Source of the DNA: Macrostomum hystrix
Lineage: Eukaryota > Animalia > Platyhelminthes
Direction of reading: 5' to 3'
Assembly (NCBI GenBank): GCA_950097015.1
Contig: CATNEN010000001.1
Location: 20,212,001-20,276,000 of the forward strand
DNA: 64,000 bases
The notes beneath the pieces are model-generated. The model had not been told where the DNA came from, did no database searches, and saw only the letters and a program-made list of their open reading frames with translations. Positions 12,728 through 24,065 of this stretch are shown in pieces. The translations under genes were made by a program, and so were the position numbers. The stretch's first letter is position 1. Each line of letters starts with the position of its first letter.

Positions 12728-15700
12728 TCATTCGTCAAGAGTCGTAGCCATATCGTAGCCGAACGCATCGTAGCCATCGTCTAGTAAGCGACAGGCCGCG
12801 TCGCGAATCAGCATGAACAGCTGTTGCAGTTGGTCCTGACGGAACAGGGCGCCAACCCGACCGGGTGACTCAGCCGCAATGAGCTCGGCTAGTCGAGTCA
12901 GGCCTCTGGGCTGGTCAGCCTGTAGCAGCAGGCGGGCCACGCACAGGCACAGCTGTGGCAGGTACAGCCGGCGCAGGCTCTGTAGCTGGGCAGTTCGGCC
13001 TGGCTCGGCTAATTCTGATTGGTCAGCAAACTGATCGGCTAGCCAGCCGGGCTTTGGCCACAGCAGGAGGTCCTCGAGGCGTGAGACGGCAGCTCGTGTG
13101 TGCAGGCCCAGCAGGTGGCGCCAGCGCTCCAGCTCGGCCTGGTAGCGACGCTCCCGCTGCTCGTAGAACAGCTTCTCCGTGTAGGGCGCGCCCGCGGGCG
13201 CCGGGTCTGGGCGCTCAGGCCTGGCCTGGTAGAAGTGCACCTGCGGGATAGAGCCCGGTGTATTGGCTTGCTAATTTTGGGTTTCTGATCCCTTAATAAT
13301 CTAGAACCCAGATTATTTTCAGCTAGGTTCTAAAACCCAAAATATCTATTCCTAATCCTAATTCTAGTATTCTAGAATCTAGATCCCCTAATTTTAGGAT
13401 CGATGTCTAGATCTATATCTATATCTATCTCTAAGGTTCTAGATGCCCTAACAATCGTCTCTAAGGTTCTAGATCCCCTAACAATCGTCTCTAAGGTTCT
13501 AGATCCCCTAACAATCGTCTCTGAGGTTCTAGATCCTCCAACTATCGTCTCTAAGGTTCTAGATCCCCTAACAATCGTCTCTGAGGTTCTAGATCCTCTA
13601 ACAATCGTCTCTGAGGTTCTAGATCCCCTAACAATCGTCTCTGAGGTTCTAGATCCCCTAACAATCGTCTCTGAGGTTCTAGATCCTCTAACAATCGTCT
13701 CTGAGGTTCTAGATCCATTAACAATCGTCTCTAAGGTTCTAGATCCCCTGACAATCGTCTCTAAGGTTCTAGATCCCCTAACAATCGTCTCTGAGGTTCT
13801 AGATCCTCTAACAATCGTCTCTAAGGTTCTAGATCCCCTAACAATCGTCTCTGAGGTTCTAGATCCTCTAACAATCGTCTCTGAGGTTCTAGATCCCCTA
13901 ACAATCGTCTCTGAGGTTCTAGATCCCCTAACAATCGTCTCTGAGGTTCTAGATCCTCTAACAATCGTCTCTGAGGTTCTAGATCCCCTAACAATCGTCT
14001 CTAAGGTTCTAGATCCCCTAACAATCGTCTCTAAGGTTGTAGATCCTCTAACAATCGTCTCTAAGGTTTTAGATCCCTAAACAAGGCACAGCAGACTCAC
14101 AGTCCAGGTTCTAGATCCCTAAACAAGGCACAGCAGACTCACAGTCCAGGTTCTAGATCCCTAAGTAAAACACAGCAGACTCACAGTCCAGGTTCTAGAT
14201 CCCTAAACAAGGCACAGCAGACTCACAGTCCAGTCGGCCACAGCTTCCTGAGCGGCCAAATAAGCCCGCAATCCGGCCAGCTCTCGCATAGCGTCCCTAG
14301 CAACCGGTGGCAACTGTCCGCTAGCGTCGGCTTCCTGAGCTTCAACCAGGCGTTGAGAATCGTCGGACACTTTAGCCAGAGCGTCGCGAGCTCCCTGCTC
14401 CTTGTTCAATGCCAGAAACAGCCTAGCCAGTGCGCAGGTCTGTCGCACAGCTTCGATACGCGGTGTGGCGCCAGCCAGGATGACCCAGTCTAACGAGCTG
14501 ATCTTACGCTGATCCGCCTCCGTCAATTGTTCGCTACCGCCGCAGCCGAGACCGTCCGTGCCGCAGCCGAGATCGTCTTCGGATTCTAGATTGGATCGTC
14601 GAACAGCTTCAACAACGGACACAGTGATGGCTGCCGTGTCTAGGCCGGCCCTCTCAGCCAGCTGAAGGCAGTGCACTCGGGTTGGAGTGTCCTCAATGCG
14701 CTGCAGCAGCTTGCCGTAACAGCTCACCTGCTGGTCTCTGAGGGATGTCGAGTTGGGTTAATAGGCTTATCAATCCCCAGGTGCTCATACGGATGTACAG
14801 ATCTCTACTTACTCAGTCTACTACTGAGATCCCTACTCACTCAGTCTATAGTACTCAGATCCCTACTCACTTAACCTACTACTGAGATCCCTACTCACTC
14901 AGTCTATAGTACTCAGATCCCTACTCACTCAACCTACTACTGAGATCCCTACTTATTTAGTCTAGTACTCAGTCATATCCATAGTAATTCATGAAATCCC
15001 TAAGCTGTGAACCGAATGCCGAACTTTCAGTCTCATCCAAGAAGCTCACCTGGGCAGTCTGGCAGTGTAGTAAGCTACCAGTCCAGTTCGGCCCTCTTCA
15101 ATGAGGCCGTCAATGTACCTCTGCAGCAGTCGCACACAGTCTGGCTCATCCGGACTCAGCAGGCCCAGTCTCTGCAGGCAGAGGGTCAAGTGTACAGCGA
15201 ATCGCAGCTCCTGGGAGTCCAGGTCGCCGTCAGACAATCGGCTAGCCAGGATGGCAGGCAGTCCTGCAGGTCTGTCCAGAATCACCAGGGTCTGCACAGT
15301 TGGCCAAAGTTCGCGACATTCCAGCCGGCCCATCACCGTCTCTCGACTGGTCAGTCGCTTAGCAACCGACACGGCGGCTGCGGCTGACGAGGCCAACTCC
15401 GGGCAAGTCGAAGCTGTTGAAGCCGCATCGGTAGCCAGCTCGCCTAGGCGACTGTTGACTCGCGCCTCAACGAAGCACCTGGCGTGAGCCCACAGACGGT
15501 CCTCCCAGCTGCCGGCTGAGAACACGGCCAGCAGTGGATCGAGGTTGCCGCACAGGGCAGCTGACAATGCCCGCTCCCAGCGACTCAGGCAGCAGTCTGA
15601 GCTGGCAGCCCAGGCCGCGGCTCGCCAAAGATCTCGGCGCGGATTGCCGTGCGGCCGGTTGCCGGGCAGTTGCCAGCCGTACAGGCAGGCGGCGCGCCAG

Positions 15701-17346
15701 TGCTGCCCAGCGGAGGAGAATAGGCGAGCTGCGCGTTCTAGCTGACCTGCCCGGAGGAGCTGGAAGGCGGAGGCTAGTAGGCGCTCTTCGGCGGCGCGGT
15801 CCAGGTCTGCCAGCTGGAGCGACTGCTGCTGCTGCTGTTTTATGAGGAAATGACGGGAAAGGCATGCCGGTTAGTAAGCTAGATTCTTCTGCGTAAATAG
15901 CTCTGCTTTTTGGTACCATTAAAAGCAGAATAATTCTCTGAATAATTTAGTATTAATAACGGTATGTTTCAGGGCCAGGTTTAAAACAAATATCAGGATA
16001 AGACTCTCCCGTATCCAAAAATCGACTAACCTATCAGATAGTAATTTTCCATATCCAATTGTTACTATTTACTGTCCACTTTGACTTTGGTATTTAATTT
16101 GTTTTCTAAGAAATCAGGGACGTTGAGTTGTAGCTACCTGCTGCTGATGCTGGTGTTGCATCATCGATCCATTTAGTTTCCTCTGAGCAGCCGCCGCGAC
16201 TGGTCCGTCCGGATCTAACCTAGTAACCAGGCCGGCTGGAATCGAACCACCGCCGCCAGCAGCTCTCCGCAGCAGGTGCAGCGTCTGCTCCCAGGGAACT
16301 CGGCCCGCTGCGGCGGCTTCGCAGGCGTCTGGCGGCGACGGCAGTTCGTCTAGGCGCGAGGCTGCGGCCGACTCCAGCCAGTCGATGACGAGTTGAAATT
16401 CGCGCACCTCAGCATCGGTGGCGTACAGGTGGGCGACTAGGCGCTTGTCAGGATGGCGACGGCTCCAGTGATAGGCGCCGCCAGATTCAGAGGCCTGCAA
16501 TGAAGATTGGGAATGATAAAACACCGGCCCGCGGGCCAGATGCGGCCCTTTGAAGCTCCATATTTTTCCTGTCTCATCTCTCTCTTATATCTGGAAAACG
16601 AAAGTCTCTACTCGGTTTTATCTCTCCTGTGTCTCATCCCTTCACAGTCTCCTCGATCCCGTCTCATCTATCCTGTGTTTTATCTCTTCTTATACTCCTA
16701 CAAATTCCTAACCCTTAATTATTTTAACCCAGACAGCATTGGTTGTTGTCGAGATTTAGGAAGACAAATGCAAACTTACAGCATCATCGTCATCCTCGTA
16801 CATGCCCATCGGCTCGTCAATGCCAGCGTCTTCTTCGTCGCCTCGACTGTCGCCGGAGCGCGAGTCGGCGGCCCGCCTGGAACCGGCTGCGAATCTGTCG
16901 CGATAGAGCAGGCCCAGCAGTCGCCAAGTCTGGCACTCCCAGCTGAGCGACCGCCGCTGCGGAGACGCCAATCGCAGGCCCAGCCTCCGCAGCAGGGCGT
17001 CCTGGGCCACGCACAGATCGCTAAACTGGTGGCACAATTCTAAGCCGTCAAAGTCGCCGATAGCCTGATGAAAATCGGCGAATAGATTCTCACCAGAAGC
17101 CAGCTGAGCTTCATCTTGAACATCGATAGCCGCGGTGGCAGCCGCTGACTGCTGCAGGAGGCTGTTATTGTTGCCGAAGCTCACATTGGCTAATGTACTG
17201 TTAGCCAGCTGATTGTTAGCCAATCCGCGGGCTTTGAAGACAGCCATGGTGTCCTGGCTGATAATGTTGCCTAAACCAGTTTTATCGGCAACATCTTCAG
17301 CATCAAACAGCTGCTTTGACCATCTCGCCTGCTGAGTGTGAAGCAT
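12728..17346 (-). CDS. NUP107: Nuclear pore complex protein Nup107, ~910 aa. Exons 17346-16780, 16494-16138, 15834-15050, 14737-14227, 13240-12728
   Basis: Motifs ECQTWRLL, QLVIDWLE, LVTRLDPD, FQLLRAGQ..GQHWRAACLYGW, AALCGNL..SWEDRLWA, LRFAVHL, LVAYYTARLP, LRRLYLPQLC and C-terminal GYDAFGY. Splice phases are consistent and the length is typical. Confidence 0.92.
13425..14075. repeat. 30-bp minisatellite (CTAAGGTTCTAGATCCCCTAACAATCGTCT) in NUP107 last intron
   Basis: About 21 tandem copies. Confidence 0.95.
14071..14233. repeat. 42-bp tandem repeat that includes the NUP107 exon end and 5' splice site
   Basis: Unit GGTTCTAGATCCCTAAACAAGGCACAGCAGACTCACAGTCCA, about 4 copies; on the minus strand it reads CTGGACT|GTGAGT. 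Confidence 0.9.
14800..14975. repeat. Imperfect tandem repeat (AGATCCCTACTCACTCAGTCTA..) in a NUP107 intron
   Basis: 5-6 degenerate copies. Confidence 0.75.
16522..16700 (+). mobile_element. hAT/Charlie-like MITE terminus (solo), related to 30945-31160
   Basis: CCGGCCCGCGGGCCAGATGCGGCCC followed by a TCTCATC-rich tract; the same arrangement occurs at ~30960. Confidence 0.55.
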
Positions 17347-19587
17347 CTGCAAGTTGGGGTCAGGGGATCATAAATACTGATCTTTACATTAGCTGATCTT
17401 CTAAACAACTGCAGTCTGCAGATAACATGGAGCAGTAACTCACTTTACTTGTAAGAAGAGTATTGTAACCTAATGTACTCAAAACTTAAAGGCTGTGATT
17501 CCAGACTCCACTGAAACAATTTGTGCCCTTTAGCTTTCAATCTTTTTTCATGGCTATTTTAATTACTTTTGGGCCATTCTGCATAACTGGGACACAGTGA
17601 TGAAAAAAAATTACTTGCTATCACCTTAAACTTACAATTTCCATGCAGAAAATAAACTTGGCAACCTGTATAGTGCTTCTTTTAGGTTCTGTGTTAAATC
17701 AAACATGGAGAATTATCTGTTTTGAAATTTTTGTCTTTTTATCATAATCTTCCTGCATGTGGATGTCATACTTTGAGTGATGATAATATGTACTTATTGT
17801 GATTATATTCTGGAGAAAAATATTGAATTTGTGCAGTTGAGACAGTATATTTTCTAGTTATATAGAACGATGCAGTATATAATACTTAAATATAAGCTCT
17901 TGACTGCTTTTTACAGTGAGAAATAAGGGTGTTACGACCATTAGAATCCAGGTGCTTCCAGTTGTGCTGCGGACAATGAGAGTTACTTAAAGTATCGGAA
18001 ATGAATGAAGGAAACATAGGTCTTGTCTACTTAATATGTTCCAAAAATATTTTTTCTGTTGTTCAATCTATAAGTGCCAGAGAAGGCATGTTACAACTAG
18101 AATTTTCTTTTCTTTGAGCAATAAATATCAAAGAAAACTATTTGACATAATTTAATATTTAATATCCATTAGAATAACTTCAAAATATTTTAATTGCTAT
18201 AATTCAAATGACAAAAATATCATAATTTACACAATGAAAAAAAAACATCCAAGACATCCACATACCAAGACTGCCACAGCTGGGGATGGGGTTCAGGAGG
18301 GAATAACTGTTGGTCTTCTGGATAGTTTGGGTGGGTAGATGAGAGGTTGGCAGAGGCTAGGGGTCTAGTGGTAGAGGTTAGCAGCCAGTCAAGTAATTCT
18401 ATTCGATTTTTCTTATTTTGAGTGAGCAACATATGTTTTTTTCTCTGTATGAATACTGAAAGATACTTAAAAATGAATATCTTTACCTTGATAAAATTAA
18501 AGGATTTTTTCAATAAAATAAAAGGTCTAAAACAAAATTTAAAGGTCTTCAATTAGAAGACAAGTTCTTGTTAGATAAATTAGAAATAATGAGACTTGCT
18601 TTCATTTATGGTTCTATATATGAGATGAGATTGCATAATACATGTGAAAGGAAAGACTGTACTAGGCTACTAGCTACTGCCTCTTTCTATGGACAATCAA
18701 TAGACATAACAAACAAACAAAGTTTGATTTAAATATAGCATTACTTCATGCATTTATTGTTAAGGTTCCCACAATAAATAATCAAGGATATGCATTTGGA
18801 TGTGGATGTATACAAAACAATACCCATTAGTGACTAATATATATGTGCATAGCATTCATTGTAGCTGCACATATTCACTCTAGGCTAGAAAAGGGATGCT
18901 TGAGCCTCTTTATTTTCTGACATGCTCTCCACTGTCAGAACTATAATCAGTCTACTAAGACTACTGGCTCTGCACATTTGTAAAATAAAATCAATTCTTG
19001 CTACCTCTCTTGTGGTTGTGGCATCTTACATTAACATTACATTGTTACAACAATATTTACTAGTACGGCATAATCCTTATTCCCGTATTAAATTATTATA
19101 ACAGTAAAAATGACTCAGTAAATTAAAACAAGTCAGACTGTAGCAGTCAGAGGCCTTATTAAACCTTATTTTGATTCTGTATGCGGCTGAACTTATATTT
19201 AAGCCCACAATCAAAATCTCGTGCCTCAATAATAACACGCATTTAAAATAGATCAAATCAATGCAAAATATCTTAACAAATTTAGCTTATTAAAAAGAAT
19301 TTTTCATTTGTGACTAGTATCATAATGCAAAGTGTACATTTATTAAAAATTTTTAACTGTGCATATGTGATTTGTTTAGCACCAAGCATTTATTATTTTA
19401 AATTGTTCGGATTCTATAAAAGCTCAAGGAAAGCGTGTCTGTTTTTATATATTTGATTCTCTTTTGTCCACATTTCTGGCCTGTCCTGTCCAACAGGTCA
19501 TGTCCTGTCTCGAATTTAGCACGTCTGAAGTGCATAATTAGTCTTAATATTTTCAAGATTCCATAATTTTATGTTTCCATGCGACCA

Positions 19588-20022
19588 CAGTAGCGTAGCT
19601 AAGCGGGGATAAGGGGATATATCCCCATTTTGCCGACCAAACCAGATTTTGGGGGGTAGCAGAAATGCAGAAATGCAGCAGCTGTGTGTTGTTTTATTGT
19701 TTAGTTTGTATAGTTGTGAGTTTTGTGACTTGTGTGATCAATTAAAATAAATCTGGTCTTACTGCAACATGGTATGTATATGTATATAGTACAAGTATGA
19801 TGTACAAGAAAGACCGTATTGGCTTTACCGGGCTATATGTTATAACAAACTAACAAGTGTAACCCCTGTGCGGCTGTGCTACTATTTGATGCTATAAATG
19901 CACATCTTCTTGACTTCAGGTCAAACTAAAAAACTCAAAAAATAAGGTTCATTTACTTCTGCCCCCATATAGCCATATCCCATGGCAGTATCCCCCATTT
20001 TGAAATCCTAGCTATGCCACTG
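19588..20022. mobile_element. Non-autonomous DNA transposon (hAT-like MITE, ~435 bp)
   Basis: Terminal inverted repeats CAGTAGCGTAGCTAAG ... CTAGCTATGCCACTG; subterminal ATCCCC(C)ATTTTG at both ends; flanks TGCGACCA/TGCAAAAA may be a decayed 8-bp TSD. Confidence 0.65.
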
Positions 20023-20557
20023 TGCAAAAATGTCCAACTTTTTAATTTAATTACCTTAAAATTTGCTTTATAAACTTTGCAGCTATTAGCTGCAAAATCT
20101 GCAACAATAAATAAAATTATTAAATAATATTTGACTTAATCAAATAATGTATAATGTAGAAGTATTGTAGTATTAAAAAAATTAGGCTCTGCTGATTTTA
20201 TACAATTTGTTTTTTGAGATAAATGATATGATAATATAATATAAAAAAACTATAACAGTATATGTATTACATCTTCGGAACTTACTTGTCAAAAGCAGCT
20301 GAGCTTGGTAGTAGAGGAATTTATGATTTAGAATGATACATTATATAAATGGCAATGTTGATGGTAAATGAATACACCTTCATGACCTTTATGACAAATT
20401 TTAGCTTTAACTATTGATTAATAAAAGGCGCCAATGTTAAAATTCAGAATATTGCTTTTTATATTGAAAATTTTAGCTGCCACTGCTACCACCTTGTCTG
20501 AGACTGTGGGTAGGGCGACCATCAAAGCCATTGGCAACTCTGCTCAGCAGAGCTCAA

Positions 20558-23500
20558 ATGGCAACCATCGCAGTCAGCAAGCCCCGATCTCTAGTTGATG
20601 AGCACATCAGTATCTGTCTATCTGGACTAGCCTCCAATGCTCCTGTGACATTGCGCCTTCAAATCCAAGAGAGCTATGGCTCCTTCTCAGCATTTGGCCA
20701 CTATGTCTCAGATAGTTTGGGCAAACTTAGCCTGGACTCAAGCAGCAGTGTGGGCGGCTCATACACTGGAATTGATGGCATGGGACTGTTCTGGTCATTA
20801 AAGCAGGACCCATCAGCAAAAACTGGCATTCGGCTTCTGAGGCGAGAGGCTGAGATTCCACTGAGGTTCACACTTACTGCACTGGCTGGTCACGTGATGT
20901 GGGATCAGCTGTCTGGCGGCCAAGCGACACCGCTGTGCTCAGCTACTCTGGAGAGAACATACCTGGGCGATTCTGTTGAGCGATTGCCTGTGAAGTTTGG
21001 ACGTTTAAGGGGTAATTAAAATGGTCAATTTCAATTTAAAAACGGTAGGCCTATAGCTATAGTCATTACAGCTAGATTATATTTATAGCGTTCAAATTAT
21101 AGCTGTCGTTCACAGACATATAAAGCTTTTTATGGAAACTTTATGCAGTTATGGAGTTTTATAGAGGCTTTTATGGAACCTTCTTTCAAGTGAGAGCCAC
21201 AAGTCACAGTGAGGCTGTAAATTGGCTCATAATACCAGTCAAATATGATGTGCAAACCTGTGTGAGTCTATGTGCTCAAGTGTCAGCATCAGCATTTCCT
21301 CCAGACTGGCTGAGGGTGGACTTATGATTCGCCAGTTTCAACAGCAACTACAAAAGGCGCATTGGATATTTTTAGCTATTGTCCTAATCCTAGCACTTTA
21401 TACGAAAGGTCGGGAGTTCGAATCTTAACTAAAGGGAAGCAAGTTGTGTCCTTGAGCAAGACTATCTAATTCCCCATTGCTTCAATTCACCAAGCTGTAA
21501 AATGAGTTCTGGTTGAGCTTCAGCTGGGGTGGTGATTTGGGCGGGTGTAGGCGGTCTTCTATGTCCATGGACTGAACAGCTGTACACACCATTTAGAGGC
21601 GACATGCAACTGGCTGTATTTGGCCAATAGATAAGTATCAGGTTGCCTGAAATCCCAAATCTCATCTTTAACTGGCTCGCTTGTTGATTTGACCTCATTT
21701 TATTTCCCACCTCCCGTTGACTTAATTCCTATTTTAAATCCCTCCTCCCGTTGATTTGATCCCAATCTTACATCCCACCTCCCGTTGATTTGATCCCAAT
21801 TTTACATCCCACCTCCCGTTGATTTGATCCCAATTTAAATCCCACCTCCTGTGGATTTAAACCCATATGAAACTTCACCCGGTGGTTTGATCCCATTACA
21901 TTCCCATATCCCATTGGTTTGATCCCATTACATTCCCATATCCCATTGGTTTGATCCCATTACATTCCCATATCCCATTGGTTTGATCCCATTTTGTTCC
22001 CTTATCCCATTGGTTTGATCCCATTTTGTTCCCTTATCCCATTGGTTTGATCCCATCTTTAACAGGCTCGCTGTTCAAGCCGCGGTCGCAGCGCTCCTGC
22101 CCGCCAGTCATCGACCTGTTCGGCACAGGCGGCGGTCTCATGGAGCACAGGTCGGCCCTGCTAGCCAAGGAGGGCTTCAGCGTACTGGCGCTGGCATATT
22201 TCAACTACGAAGACCTGCCAAAGGAGATTCGAGAATTCGACATGGACTATTTTGAGGAGGCCGTCGATTTCATGCTGGCCTCGCCGTACAGTCGGCTCGG
22301 ACCGAGAGGCGGCGTTGGAATGATCGGCGTCAGCGCCGGGGCTGACATTGTGGCCAACGCAGCCATCCTGTTTGGCAGCAAGGTGCGCGCAGTGGCCTGG
22401 CTCAATGGTAATCGATGCCGCAATTGGTACCCGGTGCGTTACAGGGCCAGCTGGTTGCCCAACTATTTCCCTATGGACGTGTCGCGAATTAGGCCTTCAG
22501 ATCGGTCAATCGGACTAGACTGTCGGCCTGCCTGCTGCCCCGAGTGTACTGAAGAACAGGTGAGGCTTTTGCTATTGCTGAAATGGACTCATAAGGGACT
22601 CTAGTCGAATGAATTGGGTGACATGTTTTAGTATCCTAGAACATTTCTCGCGTGATTTCGGCACTCAAAGATAAGTATTAGCTCTGAGAATCTGTGATTC
22701 ATAAAAAAATAATGTTTCTAATATAATATACGCTCGTATAATATAATAATGATTGCAGGAGGGCTGCGGGCAATGGCACATCATTTGGTGACACTAGACC
22801 CGCAGCCAGCGAGGAGGCAATTCTGCCCATTTCGCTCACTCCTGAGCACACACCGTGACACGCGCACACAGATACAATACTCAGGCATAAGCTCACATAG
22901 GTGTGTACAGGTGCCCAGACTTTCTCATCGTGAGGAAGTGTAAACTTTCACTGTGCCTTGGAGGTTGGCACTCAAGGGAGTAAACTGCATGACAAGCTCC
23001 CGAGCCTTCTCTCCGCGGCTGCGCCCCAAACGAATGTGGCCTCGCGGCGGAAAAAAGCTCAGGGACCTTGGCGCAAAACGTTAAAGCGTTAAAAATAGGG
23101 AAAGCCGGAACTTTGGAAGAAAAACAGAGATTCCAAGAAGTGTCCTAGAGCATTTCTCAGTCAAAAATAAGTTGGATGTCTTTGAATCTGTGACTCATTC
23201 AAAATGATTCCCACTTACTCGAGCATGTTATTCTCACTCTAGGAGCTACCTGTCGAGCGAGCCACCTGCAGATTCCTATTCCTGAGCAGCTTGGATGACT
23301 ACTCGGTGCCAGTGGACTCTGGTGCCAGACTCGCTGCTCGCCTACTTCGAGCCGGTCGCTGCCCTGAAACCTTTGAGCACGTAGCTTATCCTGGTGCTGG
23401 GCACCTGCTCGAGCCGCCGATTAGTCCATGCACTCCGCTCTGCTACCATGGAGTTTACGGCCTGCACATGGACTATGGCGGAGACGCCAAGCGGCATCAC

Positions 23501-23602
23501 CTGGCCCAGATGGACAGCTGGAATCGCATAATTCGCATGTTTCACAATGAGCTGGACAACGCTTGTGAATCATCTGAACCTGGTGTAGCTGCTAGGCTTT
23601 GA
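20558..23602 (+). CDS. Acyl-CoA thioesterase / BAAT-family enzyme, paralog 1, ~435 aa, PTS1 -ARL. Exons 20558-21011, 22066-22559, 23243-23602
   Basis: GSYTGIDGMGLFWSL, VIDLFGTGGGLMEHRSALLA..GF..LALAYF, nucleophile GVSAG, DD acid, YPGAGHLLEPP catalytic His; phases are consistent. Confidence 0.92.
21370..21620 (+). mobile_element. Degenerate SINE family B copy in ACOT paralog 1 intron 1
   Basis: GGGAGTTCGAATC B-box, GTGTCCTTGAGCAAGAC core, TGTCCATGGACTGAACAGC body. Confidence 0.6.
21700..22060. repeat. ~30-bp imperfect minisatellite (CCCATTGGTTTGATCCCAT..) abutting the ACOT exon-2 acceptor
   Basis: Tandem copies; a related shorter array lies at 43355-43605. Confidence 0.85.
22740..23090 (-). 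mobile_element. SINE family A copy in ACOT paralog 1 intron 2
   Basis: Body homologous to 60423-60716, including GAATGTGGCCTCGCGGCGGAA..GCTCAGGGACC. Confidence 0.72.
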
Positions 23603-24065
23603 CATGCTGTGCTGTACAGTGTCAGCGTTGCTAAAAAATACATGTAATAACTTACAATTAGCACCTCAAGGACTTTTAGAATTTATTTTGTATTGCTACT
23701 ACGAGTAGCTTAGTTCGAAAATTATTTTTTTCTCAAAATTTCTCACAGAACAAATTGACAATATTGGCTAAATATTAAATAAATGTGCTTTCTCTTGCTT
23801 ACTCTTGTTTAGCTTATTGTTAATTACATGAATTCACATATAGCTATGCAGATAAGTAAATTTAATTAATTTACTTTATCTAATATCTTCTAGCAACAAG
23901 TAGCTTCTGGACATGACAATATTTATTTTAAAAAGTCACGCCCAAGCAAACCAAATCCTAGCTCGTAGATACAAGACAATGCAATATCTTTTTGTTCTTA
24001 CGGGTTGAGATTCACGTGCATCACGATTCATAAAAGCGTCAGAATCACCAAGTATGGCAGAATCT

